From: Bigelowiella natans CCMP2755
Lineage: Eukaryota > Protista > Cercozoa
Assembly: GCA_000320545.1 (NCBI GenBank)
Contig: ADNK01000157.1
Span: 62,001-126,000, forward strand
DNA length: 64,000 bases
Direction of reading: 5' to 3'
Part shown: in pieces, positions 12,050-26,393 of the stretch
Numbering within the stretch: position 1 is the stretch's first letter
How the letters are laid out: each line of letters opens with the position of its first letter
The notes under the pieces: generated by a model
Seen by the model: the letters and a program-made list of their open reading frames with translations, nothing else
The model's database searches: none
What the model was told of the DNA's origin: nothing
Program-made: the position numbers and the translations under genes

Positions 12050-15000
12050 TCATGCACTGATGCCTGTCAATCCCCGCGACACCTGGAACGCCACGTCTAC
12101 CCTGTGCTTGTTCTTCGTGAGCTCTTGTCTCATCACCTTGAAAATGTTCTCCATGACTCTTTCGTTTGCTTTGTGGTCAGTGGGAGTTGAAGAACCGCCA
12201 CGAGAGCTAGACGGAACAGTGTGTATCACCCACCCACTCGGAGCTGTTCCAAGAGAAGAGAGAGATTTTGGATTGGTAGAGGGCGCAACGCTACCTTCTG
12301 GCTCTCCTTCTCCTCCTTCCCCCCCTCCCATGGATGATGGCGATGAGGCATGAATTCGAACCACTGGGACGAAGGGGTGGCCGGTCACCTGATTCAGCAA
12401 GTACGACCATGTCATTATTATAAATATTATCATTAATTGATTGTTATCGTTGTAATATCGTCGCCATGTAAGACGTGAATAACGCACACAACCGACCGAC
12501 CGACCGTATGCGGTGCCAGAGAAACGGCCATAATACATCCTGTTGCGGCAAGACCCGTGAGTGTCTCCGTCCAATCCTCGGTGGGTGAGGACATCACGTA
12601 CAGCCCAGGGCCGGCATCTGTAACGGAAGGAAAAAGATGGAGAGCAGGAGGGGGGTAGAGAGACGAGAAGAAGGAGAAACCGATAAGAGACAGGGAAAGT
12701 GGTTCATGACTGCTCAACTAATTACTCGCACGCAGCATGCATGAAACATGCCGTTCACATGTACAAAGATGACGCTGATGATGTTAGGAGGGAGAGGAAG
12801 AGGGAAAAGTCGTCAGTGCGTACCAGTAGAGCTCAGCTTCTGCGCAAAGGAGAGGTTAGGCTTGAGCACTGTACTCCTCGATAGATCGCCATTGCCATCT
12901 GCACGTTGTTGTTGTTGATGTTGTCGTTGTTGTTGTTGCCCTCCAAATAGCCCCTCCACGAACGATGACTGAGAAGTAGTAGCAGCAGTAGCAGAGAAGA
13001 GGGGTGTGGTGAGGAAAACAGCAATTTATCATCGCTGGGGGAATGTCGACACGAATACTTACGTCTCGTAGAAGAAGAGCAGTCTCAGGAACGACCACAC
13101 GGCAACCACTACCAGCAATACACAAATGATGAGAAGGATGATGATAGCGATGATAAAACTAATAATCAGCGTCGTGTATTAGCTGCAGGATCCCCATCAC
13201 CATCAACATCAGCTTCATCATCATTATTATTAGCATTATTCATCGCCGTAGACACGGTCGACTTCATAGCTGGCCATGTAATCGTCGCACCTTTCCACTA
13301 AACTCCTCGCTACGTGCGCCATCAAGGCGCCATCATCCTTTTTGTCATCGTCCTAGTAGTACAAGTCGATTGATTACGAATTTATATGATAATTTTAATT
13401 TGGTGTGGGGAGGGGGGGTGTATCAGATAGGCGGGCCACTCACACAGACAAATCAATACCTTTTCATCTTGACTCGTTATTATCAATGGCTTTGTGCTTT
13501 TGCTTCTCTTCCTCCCGCCTCCACGAGACCCGACGAGTCTGAGTGAAGCAGATAGCAATGCGATGCACGGCGACGGGGGAGGAGTAGCAGCGTTGCCTTT
13601 CTCATCATCGTCATTCTCATCGTCATCATCGTCGGTGTTGATAGAAGACGAGACAGATGAGAAGAACTCTCTGACCTTCCGTTTGACCTACAAGAGAAGG
13701 TGGGGGGGAGGGGAGCAGGATACAGTAGGACGACGAACCTTTTGATCAGAGGATGTATCACTATCATCAAACACATACACACATGCATGCATGCATTATC
13801 ATCGTTCTCGCTATTCTCATCGAAATCTTCGCATCTCTCCCATCGCCGCTGCAATGAATGATCTCGGAGGAGGAATACCTTCTCAATACCGCCGTCGCGC
13901 TGAATCGAAGCGAAGCCCATTCGTCGTGATTCCCAGACGATGCTGCTACTGGCGCCATTGCTGTCATCGTCCGCACTTAGCTTCTTCTTCTTCTCCTCGT
14001 CTTCTTCGTTGTTGTTGAGGATCTTGTTCTTGACGTATCCGTTGTGCGTCTTTTCACATCCATGCTCCAGGAACAAACACGCTCTGACATAGTAATAAAA
14101 TATATATATGGTGGCGATGGCAGCAGCAGAGAGGGCGTGCTTCTTCTTCTTCTTCCTTCATCTTCCTTTTCTTCTTCTCCTTCTTCTTCTCCTTCTTCTC
14201 TCCTATTTTTTTTTTTCCTTCAACTTGAGATCGAACACTCAATCAACAAGATTCCCCCCCTCCCCCGATTTACAAACAATGAATGTCCATGAATTCGCAC
14301 CTGACAGCTGGGTGGGTGACATGGCCAAGGACGATGCGTCGATATATCTCTTCTTCACCGTAGGCGTACCCCATCCCACATCCTGATGACGATATGTGAG
14401 GATACACGTTAGGAGGAGGAGGAGAAAGATTAAGAAGAAAGTGAAGAGAACAGAGGACCGCAAGAAGAAGAACAAGAGAGGATCTGCTGCTGCAATTCGC
14501 TACAATTTATGTATCTATCATTTGTGTTCAGCTACAGAGAGTGGAAGATCAAGCAGCATAATGCCAACTTTTAATATACTCATTATTAAAAAACATCAAA
14601 TTATAAACAGCGCTAGAAGGTACAAATTCGATTTCCATAATCATCAGGGTCATGTTAGTTACCTTTCACCTCAAATCACACACACAAACATACACACACA
14701 CGCACACACACACACACCAGTATGTATCAGATATTCATCCTATATATGGCCGTGACCTTCCGTATGTGTCAGAGCCACAAATCGGTCTATTACCACCCCT
14801 TTGCTCTTCTTCTTTGTTGATTTCTTTTCCGCCTCTACTTCGGCATTCAGGTGCTCTGCGATAAGCCCTGCACAGAAAAGACGTTTGTGGGTCGTGTGCT
14901 TAACATGATGCACTTGCTGACGAGAAGTTTTCGATACATATTTACTTAATTTTGATCATTCTTATAATTATTCATTTGACTATTATTGCTATTATTATCA

Positions 15001-17384
15001 TCATAAATTGTTATTAGTAGTTCTCCTGACTTGCTATTTGTCCAGAGCAGAGGCTCGTCGGCATAATCAGGCCGATCTTCTCAAGAGAAAGAAGGGGGAC
15101 GGGGCTAGAAGCAGCAGCTGAACCCGAATGCCTTCCTTCCTCCTTCTCCTCCATGATATCCTTGCTACCACCGCTCTGACTTCGTTTGGTGCTTGTTGTA
15201 GTAATAGTTATTGGGCTAACGGCGCGCTCCCTGAGCACCTCCTTCACGGCAAGGGAGAGGTTTGGGTGAGCACCTGAAGATGGATTTGATAATGATGATG
15301 ATGATGATGATGATGATGATGGTATCGCTGATGACGACTCCAAAGAAAAATGTACGAAGCGGAATGAAGGTGGCAGCAATGTGGCATTTGTTCTCCGCTC
15401 GACTGTCCGCACTGTGTTCTCTTCATTGACAAATTCGAAGATCGAGCCTACTCTCCCTACACTATCACTTCCTCCCCCCCCCCGCACGACGACGACGACG
15501 ATAATGATAGTGATGGTGATGATGAGGATGACTGATTAGTTGTCGTCTACCTGATTGTGCCCAGTTTCGCCATATCGACACCTGCGAGTGGAACGCTAAC
15601 TCCCCCTTTGTTGCACCCCCAGAGGCCACCCGGACGATGTCGTCAAAGAGCTCTTTGCCGAGGTCGGAGAGCTTATGGCCTTCCTGATACCGGCCCGCGT
15701 TGAAGTCCATGTCGGAAGACAGCAGCGCGTAGCGCCTACTGGTCGTGAGGATCTTGATGGTCGGGACGAACGGGAAATTGGTGATTGAGCCATTGCCGGT
15801 TACGAACAAGATCAGATTGCATCCCGAGGCAACCTGGCCAGCGATTGACTCCAAATCATTGCCCGGAGAGTCCATGAAGTAGTACCCCCTCTCTGCCATC
15901 GCTCGGTAGGAGGCATATTCGATTACACCGTCGAGCCTCACATCAGCGTGCTTCTTCTTCGCCGCACCGAGCGACTTCAACGCGATGTTATACAGCCCCC
16001 TGAGATTGTTGCCGCCGGATGGGTTGGCCTCGGCCGTTTGTCCGTGCCAGGACATGCGCTCCTTGAACCGCTCCACACACGCTTGAAAATTACGCGCCGT
16101 CTCCATACTCTTCACCCTGCGGAGAATGTAGGATTCGGCCCCAATCAGCTCGTCCGTCTCGGCCAGCAAGGCCCTTCCTCCATTCTCGATGATGTACTTC
16201 GATGCCCACCCTGCTATCGGATTGCCAGAAACCCCTGAGAAGGCGTCGCTTCCTCCGCACTGAAGAGCCACAGTCAGGCCAGAAAGCGGACATTTCTCAC
16301 GAGCGCACCCAGAAAGCTCTTTCTGCCAGCTTTCCAATATGCCGATGCACGTTTTGAAAGATTTCCGGTACGATTCACCTTCGCTTGACAAGGAGCCATT
16401 GTTGGCGTCGTCGTTATCCATCAGGCTGTGAAACTGGATGTCTTCACCAGGAAGGAGGGGCATTTTGTGGACCTCTTTGCCTTCTCGAACAATATCCTCA
16501 CCCCTCAATGTGTCCATCTTGCCTTTGTCGATGATCAGGCACTTCGCCACATTCTGGTGACAGCAGAACGCAGCAAGCGTTCGAACCAAGATATCGTGGT
16601 TATTTCGTCCTGCGCTCTCGGTGTGCGCCACAGCTACAACCATCGGATGGTCCATGGTATCACTACCTTGTGCGCCAATCTTAGAGCGATCCTCCTCCCA
16701 AAAATGGCCTTGGAGCGCGTTCACAAAGGGCGAGGACAGAGCAGTTGCTGCCATAACCACTATATAATTCCTTGTTCCGTACAGCCCTTTGCGTCCTCCC
16801 TTCCGAGGATACCCCATAAAGAACCCACCTCCCCCATTATTCTTGTCTACCAAAGCCACTTGCTCCGTTATTTTCGCATCCTTCAGCTCGTAACTCGCCA
16901 CAACGTCCTCGAAATTGGGGGTCTTAGGGATATCTGTTATGCCCCAGTTCGTGAGCGACACGAGCATCCTCTTGTTGCAGAGGTACTCCCCCGCTTGGAC
17001 GCCATCTTTCGCGGTAATCTTACCAAATGGCAAACCCCAGGACAGAATTTCGGTTCCAAATGGGAGCCATTTTACAGCAAATCGGTGTCCGACTAAGATT
17101 TTGGTCTTGATGACAATGCGTCTCAGAGATTGCGGTTCCGCGCCTTCTCCTTCGCCGCCTCCTCCCTTCCTTAAAAGCACTGTCCCTTGCCGAATTTCTG
17201 ACGTCGCAATGGCGCAGTTGTCTCCCTGTTCAGGGAACATCGCCACTCTGTCGAATCCGAGCTCTGGGTCACCACCACCACCACCACCGCCACCTTCCTC
17301 ATCACCGTCACCCCGCATAACCTTCTCTTCGTCGTCATACGCGATGGCAACCCTCTCCCGCCTTCGGTGGTGTTGCTGCTGCAT
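12050..17384 (-). CDS. UxaA/GarD-family (altronate / D-galactarate) dehydratase: SAF domain + catalytic copy + second degenerate copy
   Basis: SAF motif GDNCAIA...GHRFAV...SWGLPFG; GTRNYIVV; LQCGGSDAFSGVSGNP; ETDELIG; NPSGGN..GL.NIALKSLGA; MDSPGNDLES..GQVASGCN..LFVTGNGS. Downstream exons (IMPTSLCSGQIA, RFVALTHTEG, LFLEHGCEKTHN, GLYVMSSP...TLTGLAATG, GHPFVPVVRI, DVAFQVSRGLTGISA*) form a second copy. Likely start MQQQHH at 17384. Confidence 0.85.
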
Positions 17385-17392
17385 CGTCGTTG

Positions 17393-17448
<56 letters not shown>

Positions 17449-17749
17449 CGTCCTGGTGTCCTGCCGGATAGAAAGATTTCAGCTGTGTTGCACGGAACGA
17501 GCACTGTTTCTCGAAATAGGCCTGGTTCTATCCCTGCGACAATGACAAATGAATGCGAATATGCGAAATGGAACGGCGTTTCATGGCTCAGGAACCACGG
17601 ACAAGAACGACGACAGAGATAAGGAGGTGCACCAAAAGCGATAACCACGAAGTAAGTACACGTAGTGGCACTGAAGGCAAAGGAACATAAAAAAGGAAGA
17701 GGAGGAGGAAGAGAAGGAGGAGGAGGAAGAACACAAGTGATTGGAGTGA

Positions 17750-18989
17750 ATGGCAGACACACACGTGTCCTGCTCCTTTTCCCGCTCCGTCCTCCTTGTC
17801 CTTTTCGTCTTCTTCCTTCCCTATGACCTGACTCCTCTTGTTCGTCGTGACGGCTACGGTTTCCTCCAAAATAGTAGTGGTAGCAGCAGCAGTAGTAGTG
17901 GCATCGAGGATGGGAACTTCCTCCGCCGCACCCGCAACAACCACCCGTTGAAACCGGGTTCTGCACTTGTACATGGACGGGGTAGAAATGCTGCAGCTCT
18001 GCCATTGGCCCCGAGGTGTAATCACGAAAACGTAGTATTTTTGGTGCTATTTGGGGGTGTTTATGATAATAGTAATATGTAGTAAGGGTGCTGCTAATTG
18101 CTGCTACTGTTGAGCATGCTGCTGCTGGCTCTGTAGGGCTCACAAACCTGTTTTGATCGATATTTGGTCTCCATTCAAAGGCGCTCGCTGCTGCTGCCTC
18201 GGAGCAGCCCAAGAGCGAGTGGCGCTAGATTGCGCGGAGGGGGTTACGATGACATGCCCGACACCATGGTATCAATATTAGTTTTTCACAAGAGTTCTGC
18301 CTGTCAACGACAGCTTGATATCGAGCGTTACATTTATAATCTCTCGGGGGTCCGATTAATAATTCAGGGATTATTCACGCTGCACGATGTTGGCGCGTAC
18401 GCTTGGAAGGAGGACTGGCAACTGGTATGCAGTATGATCAGCTGTTTGTAGCTCTCGTTCCTGTCTTTGATGTTGTTCGTACCCTTTTCACTGATCTTTA
18501 ACAATCCCTTCATAGTGGGCACTGCCCCTTTCTCATATTTCATTCGGGTGATTGTTAGGAAGACGACCAAGCGTACATGGAGGTTTACATACTAGTCGAT
18601 GACGACTTAAACCTGAGGGACTGCCAGGTGATAATCGTACCTCATTATCAAAGAAGGGATTCTAATCTACTCCATTTAAACGACGTTTTAATGAAGATGA
18701 TAGTCGCAACTGTCGTGGAGAAATCAGCGTCCGCCACCATATGCGGTCTTTTGCTCGAGTTATCATCACTGAGAGAGAGCCTGTAATGCTATTTGTGCGC
18801 CTTGAAATGATCAGATTAAGTACGAACCGTTTCAGCTTAGTGTGACGATCCGGGGGGAGCAAGTCCTAAGTAATAATACTGCCAAGATGGTGGTGGTGGT
18901 CGTTGTGCTGCTGATAATTGTGATAATGATGATGATGATGCGACGACAGATGATGTGGTTTAATAACGCATGCTTTTGAGATATGTCGG

Positions 18990-19031
<42 letters not shown>

Positions 19032-19477
19032 TGTGTGTGTAGATGGGACTCTACGACATCGGATACGTCCAGACCTCTGTTGCCACGAAATCGATATTCT
19101 TTATGGGGTATTCATACTCACTCACTGTTTTACCTTTTGTCTACGAGTGAGTCATCTTCTGATGATAGCTATCGTTTGCATATGTGCGTCGCTGATGCAT
19201 TCATTAGAACCGTGTCCGGAATGAGAAGTATCTCAACAAGAGATGCCTCTTCATTCAATTGGCAAAGTTTGAGTGGAAGGTGATCATGGCATTTCGGGAA
19301 TAAGAGAAGCTAAAATGAACTAATAATAATAATAAGATGATGATGATGGTGATGATGATGATGATGATAGTGACAGTGAAGAGTTTGACGAATTGATGTG
19401 GATCTCACCAGATTTGGAAAACACTTCTTGAGGACGAAGCTACGACGCAGGTGGATAACACAGATGATCTGCAATGA
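17750..19477 (+). CDS. CS (p23/NudC-like) domain protein with signal peptide, transit-like leader and RLRGG motif
   Basis: Hydrophobic VLLVLFVFFLP leader; spliced mature part YAWKEDWQL|EDDQAYMEVYILV...DCQ|IKYEPFQLSVTIRGEQVL|NGTLRHRIRPDLCCHEI...|...CLFIQLAKFEWK|IWKTLLEDE fits the CS beta-sandwich pattern. The 3' end could be 19477 or 19612. Confidence 0.7.
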
Positions 19478-20896
19478 TGTCGTCATGCGTTGCATTGCCA
19501 TAAGCTATCTGTCGTCAAAAGCATGTTAGTAGTAGTTGTAGTAGTAATAATGGTAGTAGTGATAGTAGTAGTAGAATAGTACTAGAATTAGTAGTACAAG
19601 TAGATTTGTTGACCAAAACGTGTCTTTCCGGTACAAAAAACGCACACGCACACGCACACTGCCTCTGCCTCTTTATGAACACGCCAATACGATAATTCCT
19701 TTAGACATACGACCAGGCCCACAACATTACGAGTGAATATGAGTAGCTGCACGAGCGTGTGCGTGTGTGTGTGGGTGTCTTCAAAGCAGCACTGGGTCGC
19801 CAGTCACTTGATAATACAAGGCGAGAAGATATTATCACCCAGCACACAATTAGCTAGGTCACATGATGGATTGTAGCGTACGCACCTAGCATCAAGATAC
19901 TCGCAAGCAAAAGAAGGCACCATCATGCAAAGATCCAGCATGCCCTGTTTCATGTGCGATGTATTGTCAACATACGCGTCGTGCGTAGCGTGCTGCATGC
20001 ATGCGCTATATCCAGATGTCAGATGTTCTTGCCTCTCCTTCCTAGCTCCCCATACACTCATCATATACTAATCAACACGGCAACAACTATGTCACCCTTG
20101 TCTGCTAGCTAGCTAGTTGTGTCTACATATATGACGAAACTAAGCCTAGCGCGTATATGCTGCAAACATTCATCGTTTAGTAAAAAAGTAATGGGATGAT
20201 GAACGCCTGGAAGCCTCTCAGGTATATAGCACATTGTCCGTTTCAAAGCCGCATAGATGAACGAGGCGCCACTACTGCAACAGCAATGTGCACACTGTGA
20301 TGTCCAAACTTGCGTCTCACTATAGCTGATCGAAGATTAACAAGCTAGCAAGCTACGCTACATCGCATCGCGACATTTCAACCATGGCGGCGGTAAACGA
20401 GTATCACACGTTAAGGATACTGTATCTAGTTGGATGCATATTCATTGATACGGCGGTATGTACATGAACATATCACGCTAGAAACAATAGCTACGACTAT
20501 GATGGCTGTGCGTGTTGTGTGGTCCATACATATATACAAAGCACAGCGATGGCGCGCGCTGTATCGTAATTGTATTGCTCGACCGACCACACACACATAC
20601 GTAGACAGGTTTTCCTCTGCATGTCTATGGATCAAACAGTGGAGCCTGATGTACTAGATGCGATCGATACATTTACGAATCTGAAGATTCCTTGCTGCGA
20701 ATCAAATGTCTCATTGATGTTCATGTTATTCTGAAATTTAAGCGTTTATGAGCTCCCACAATGCAACAATGTAATGTGACGCGAGAGGTGGTCATCATAT
20801 ACTGGATATATTGTGGGTTTTTTCTGGACCAAGCTGCTGCATGAAAAAAAGACCACATGCTTTGCTGCTTGCACCTATTTTCTGCCATCATCATCT

Positions 20897-21409
20897 TCAT
20901 TCAATCGATCCACAAGTTCCCTCTTCCTCCCGGAGGCTGGGAGCCCTCTCTCCTTCAATAGGTCCTTCAACTGCGAAAGTAACAGATGCACGAACGAACA
21001 ACGTCATCAGAGGATCAAAACGGCAAGAGACACGGGCTTTTCTTCTCCGGGGAAGGGTGATCAAAGACTTGTTAGTGATTAGTTTATTGTTATTATTCCT
21101 ACGGACTTTGACTACAGTCATTTTCTCGTAGGACGCACTCTGCCCTGGGCCCGCCGGACTCTGCTGCTGCTGACTCTGCGGTGGGTTGTCGTTCCTTGAT
21201 GATGTGCTCCTCCCATCCGGCCTCTTCTTCGACTGCTGAAACGCCGCACCACCCATTTTGGATTTATTTGCACGGCGAGCTTCTCTCGATGTTCGCCATC
21301 TATTGGCCTGTCCTTGACCGCTACTGACTTCGCCGCCACCACCACCACCCGAAGCAGCTGTTCCACCGGCGCGGAAGCCCGATCCTCCCCTATAGATACA
21401 TGTTATATC

Positions 21410-21443
<34 letters not shown>

Positions 21444-22012
21444 GTGATGATGGTGATGATATCGCTGGCGCTTGTTGTAGAACACCTCAAACATAATAGC
21501 TGGCTAACGTGTTTTTTTTAAAGTAGCGGTGAAACAGGCAAACACGATTTCCTCATTCGCTGTTAAGGGGAGGGAGAGGAGGGGACCGGTGGTTTATAGA
21601 CGACGACAGCGATGACGATGACGATGAGGATAACCTTGCCAACGGCATTCTGCCTGGCCGTCTTGATGACAGTAGAGGAGTAGAGGAAGAAGAGGAAGAA
21701 GAAGAAGAAGAAGGTGCCTCATCTGCTCTTGTTGTACTCTTTGGGCTGTTTGACGAAGAAGAAGAGGAAGATGAACCTCCCCCACCACCTCCCCCACCAC
21801 CACCACCTCCTCCTCCTCCTCCTCCTCCTCTAGGACCTCTTCTATGGCCGGCACTTTGTTGCAGCTCATATGTCTTCTTATAAGATTCACGCATTCGTTT
21901 CGCCTCCATCTTGTCGTCCATGGGGGCCTAGCAGGAAACAAATACACGACATCCGATTACACACAATCACAATCACAATCACGCAAACATGCATGCATAA
22001 ATAGAGAGAGGA

Positions 22013-22057
<45 letters not shown>

Positions 22058-22793
22058 CAGAGAGAAAGAGCACTTCCATGTTGGTAAAACGGATATAAGA
22101 AACATGAAAATTGGTCTGAACACACTCTTATTATCATCACACAACAAAGCCACCAACGCAGCAGCATGCTATGTACGCATACAACATATGCACGCCGCCT
22201 CACCACCACTACCAGCACCTTAAGGAATGGCGCCTTTTCTATGCGGGAGCCAGGATCCGGTCGCTTGTATTCATACATCCACGAGTCCTGGCCTTCAGCT
22301 TTCCAGTCAATGTTCCAATTCACGAACACCATCCTGTCTCGCGGCTCTAAGTCTGATGATCGGTTTGGTGGTTCAGAGTAGGATGATGATGATGATGATG
22401 ATGACAACGACGATGATGATGATTATGACGATGATGATTGTTTTGCACAGGGCAGCGAAAAAACAACTGTTCTCCTCTATGCTGCTGCTGCTGCTACTGC
22501 TACTACTACCACTTCACTAGTGTTTACCAAAGCTTTGTCCCTTTGGGAAGGCAAGGCGGCGAATCTCGTGAATATCACGGAGTGACACGTTGTAGTTATA
22601 CCAGTCTTCCAGCTCGACCTTGATGCGGTGCGAAGGCCATCCCTTCCGAGTGTACCCCTCCACGAGCCTTTTCAGCTCGCGCTTCGTCGGTGCGTCCCGG
22701 ATGTTTCCTCTGGAGATGATTGTCAATATGAGGAGGGAGTTTACAGGAGGGGAGGGAGGGGGGGGGGCGTGCGTGCATAAAAGCACTCTCTCT

Positions 22794-22841
<48 letters not shown>

Positions 22842-23159
22842 TACCGAAGCTGCGGGTAGAGATAGTCCGGGATGGGAGCTTCCTCCACCTGATCCCACCA
22901 TGGTTCCTTCCGCAGCATCGCTGTCTCCAAGTTAAAGCTGTATGCAGCTAACGGGGAGGATTCGTAAGGGGGGGGGGAGGGGGGCAAGGATGAATACAAG
23001 AAGCATCAGGATTGTGATTCGTCAAGTATGGTCATCGATCCTCTCAGCTCCCTCATCCCCCTCAACAACGACGAAGACAGCAAATCGATGAATAGAAACA
23101 GGAAGTATCATAGCGTGCGGCTAAATGGTACTGCATGCTCCTCCTAGACCGACTGATCG

Positions 23160-23196
<37 letters not shown>

Positions 23197-24920
23197 TATA
23201 ATATTTATACTTATGCTATCATCTATCTACACATCTTCTTCTCCTACCTTCTGGATCATCGTACTCGAAGTACTCGGGTATATCATCGATCACGTACGGA
23301 TCGTCATTTTCGGGGATCTCTTCCACTTGCTCCAGCCCCTCCCCACCCCCCCCTCCCGTCCCATCGGTGTAGGTCGCTAACGTATAGTTTTGCTCGATAC
23401 GGTCTCCACGGCTTTGATATGGCCTCAAGACGCCAGGCTTGTACTGCTGCTCCGGCTGTTGGTCTACTCCTCCAATAGAAGCGTCTTGTGCATTATCATG
23501 GGGAGGAGGGGAAGGGGGTGGAGGAGTGCCACTATCACGCTCCCCTGCCTCCTCCCTCTTCGAGCCGCTGCTATCATCCGCATAGTTTTGAATACTATTT
23601 CCTCCCCCACCAGTAGCAGCATCGTCCTCGAGCATATCTGGGGAATTGGTCACGGAGTCGTCCTCCGTTAGCTCAACCATTCTTCCATCGCTGGCCATCA
23701 CTGGGCGACCTCCTTGGGTAGTGGTGCGGATAGGAGGAGGAGGAGGAGGAGGAGGAGGAGCTGATGCTGTTGCTTCTTCTCCCTCTTCTCCTCCCTCTGC
23801 TGATTGCGGCTCTTTTCGTCGTCGCCGCCGCCGCCGTTGGCGTCCGTTCTCACGCACAAGCGGATCAAGGGGACTGACACCTCGGATAGGCTCGGGCGCC
23901 TCCACCTGCTCTTTCAGCTCCCTCTCTTCCCAAGGCCCCCCGACCATTACGTCCGGAAACTCCTCGTCGAAGTCCATCGCATCCAATTCGTCCCTGATAG
24001 AGCCGACGATGCTCGCCACCTCCTCCTCGTCGACGTGCTCCTCCCGCTCCTCCTGGGAGATAGGCCGCGAAATCGTCGGCCCCTCAAACTCCCATTTGTC
24101 CATGCTGAAGAAAGACCCCTCCCCCTGCTCGTGCTCCTCTGAGGAATACTCGTCGTCGTATACTGGAATGTCGTCGTCGTCGTCGTCACCGATCAGTTCT
24201 TCCTTCGGTACCTCCCCCGGTCTCCTCCTCCTCTTCTCATCTCTCATTTGTCGCCGTTTCTTCGCGTCCCGGTCGATTAGGTAGTATGTTTGGATATCCT
24301 CCTTCTTCGGAGGACCTCGAATCTGGTCGCCGTCAAACGATCTGGGAACCTCAATCAGCACTGGCTGGATGCCCCGACGATGACGATGACGATGACGATG
24401 AGGACGAAGACCAAGCGCCTCCTCCTCTCGCCTTCGCTGCAGAACGTAGTAGGGAGACCACGACGAAGAAGATGACGCAGCGAGGGGGGAGGAGGCATGC
24501 CCGACCGGCATCGCGTGAGGGGAGAAGATGGATGACAACGATGAGGAGGAGGTGAAGGAAGAAGAAGAAGAGACGCCCCCACGAGAGAATCGGTCAGGAA
24601 AGTGAGAGTTGATGATTTTTATGGTTGGGGACAAAGGGCCACGGGAAACAGATTTGCGAGAGAATCCTCTGTTTGTCTTCCTTGCTTCAACAGGCAGCTT
24701 ACCTTCATCATTTGGACTACTTTGAGGTAGTATGGAGGCGTCGAAGTCATGCAAGAGAGGGGAGTCAGGGTCATCTCCTTGCTCTGCGGCAAGCTGATCG
24801 AAGATATCGTAGTCTGCTGCTGCTGCTTAAACGAGAGAGAAGACACCAGACGGAACAACGTATTATCACTTTAGAAGTAAAAAATTGATCGTGAAGCGAA
24901 ATCAACAATGTACAAACACA

Positions 24921-24998
<78 letters not shown>

Positions 24999-24999
24999 C

Positions 25000-25032
<33 letters not shown>

Positions 25033-26362
25033 TCGCATCACATTGTAGGAAACGAGAGACGAAATGATCGTCATGATTATTTCTTATGTATGGGATGCAC
25101 GAACATAGAGGAGGAGGAAGGTTGTCATTATTTACATGTGATCTGCTGCGTAGAAAATACGACCACCACCGTCATCGTCATCATCATCATCACCACCAGT
25201 ATCACTATCACCAGCACAGTCACCACTACCTCCCTCTCCTTCGAGAATAGCCGTGATTTCTGTTTCGCCGTTTCCCTCCTCACCATCCTCCTCCTCCTCC
25301 TCTTGCTCCTGCTGCTGTTGATCCTCCCACTGCACACCGGGATTCGCAGCTACAAAAGCATCTGTCAGTCGCGCAACGAGAGCCGCCTTCGACCCGGACA
25401 CGGGCAGCCCCTTCTCCCTGAGCCGCGTCTTTAGCTCTTTGATCGTCATCCACTCGAAGTCCTTCGGCGTCTCCGGCGTCTGGTTGGCCCTGCTGTTCTC
25501 CTCATCTACCGACAGCGACACTGTGGCGATTTGGCTGTCAAGCATCTCGATAGCCAGCCGGACGATGCCTTGCTCGTTCCAGGGGTAGGGGCGGGAGTCC
25601 ATGGGGATGGTGGGGTCTTCCAGGTAGTCTCTGATGGCCTCGAGCTTGCGAACAGCTTTTGACGACGACGACGATGAAGAAGAGGAGGAGGAGGAGGAGG
25701 GGGAAGAGGACGACGAATCATCACGCTGCTGCTGGCCATCGCCCATCTCTTCCCCCCCGCCGCCGCCGCCGCCTTCCCTGTCCTTCATGTCCATGAACAT
25801 CGTCTGGTTCATGCGGTTCTCGAGTTCCTGCAGTTTTCGGAGGACGAAGCTCTTCTGCCGACTCTCCGCCTGGCGCTTGCGCACGACCTCGATATCGGGC
25901 TGGATTAGGCGCTGGATCTCGGAAATGCGCTCCAGGGCGGCGTGTTGTGCGTCCTTGGCCCTCCACCGTGGATGCTCTAGTGCATCGATCGAGCGGATCC
26001 AGAGGGCTGCCTCCCGCAACTGAGCCTGCAGCTTGAAGAGGGGGTTGACGTTGTAAGGCACGATGACGAGGTGCGACCGATTTTGGAGGAGGGCGTTCAC
26101 TTCGAGCTTCATCATCTCTCGGTGGAACGCGCGAATCCGTCTGGGGTACCTGGGCGGCGTCACCTGGAGTGCCTTCAGGATGTCCTCCGTGCTGTCCGAC
26201 TGAGACTGCAGCAGCGCGAGCGTGTCGGTCTCGCTCTGCTCTTCTCGCCACTGCATGTGCGATGATGAAAGGAGGGTCAAAATGTAAGGAGGAGGAGGAG
26301 GAGGAGGAGGAGGAGGAAGAGGAGGAGGGGGAAAAGGGGCAGGGATAGAACGTCAATGAGAT

Positions 26363-26393
<31 letters not shown>

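Noticed and set aside
17385-18212. N-terminal ~275 aa of the 915-aa ORF 15465..18212
   Set aside because: Read-through across a (GA)n tract and the antisense strand of the CS-domain gene; the real UxaA protein most plausibly starts at 17384.
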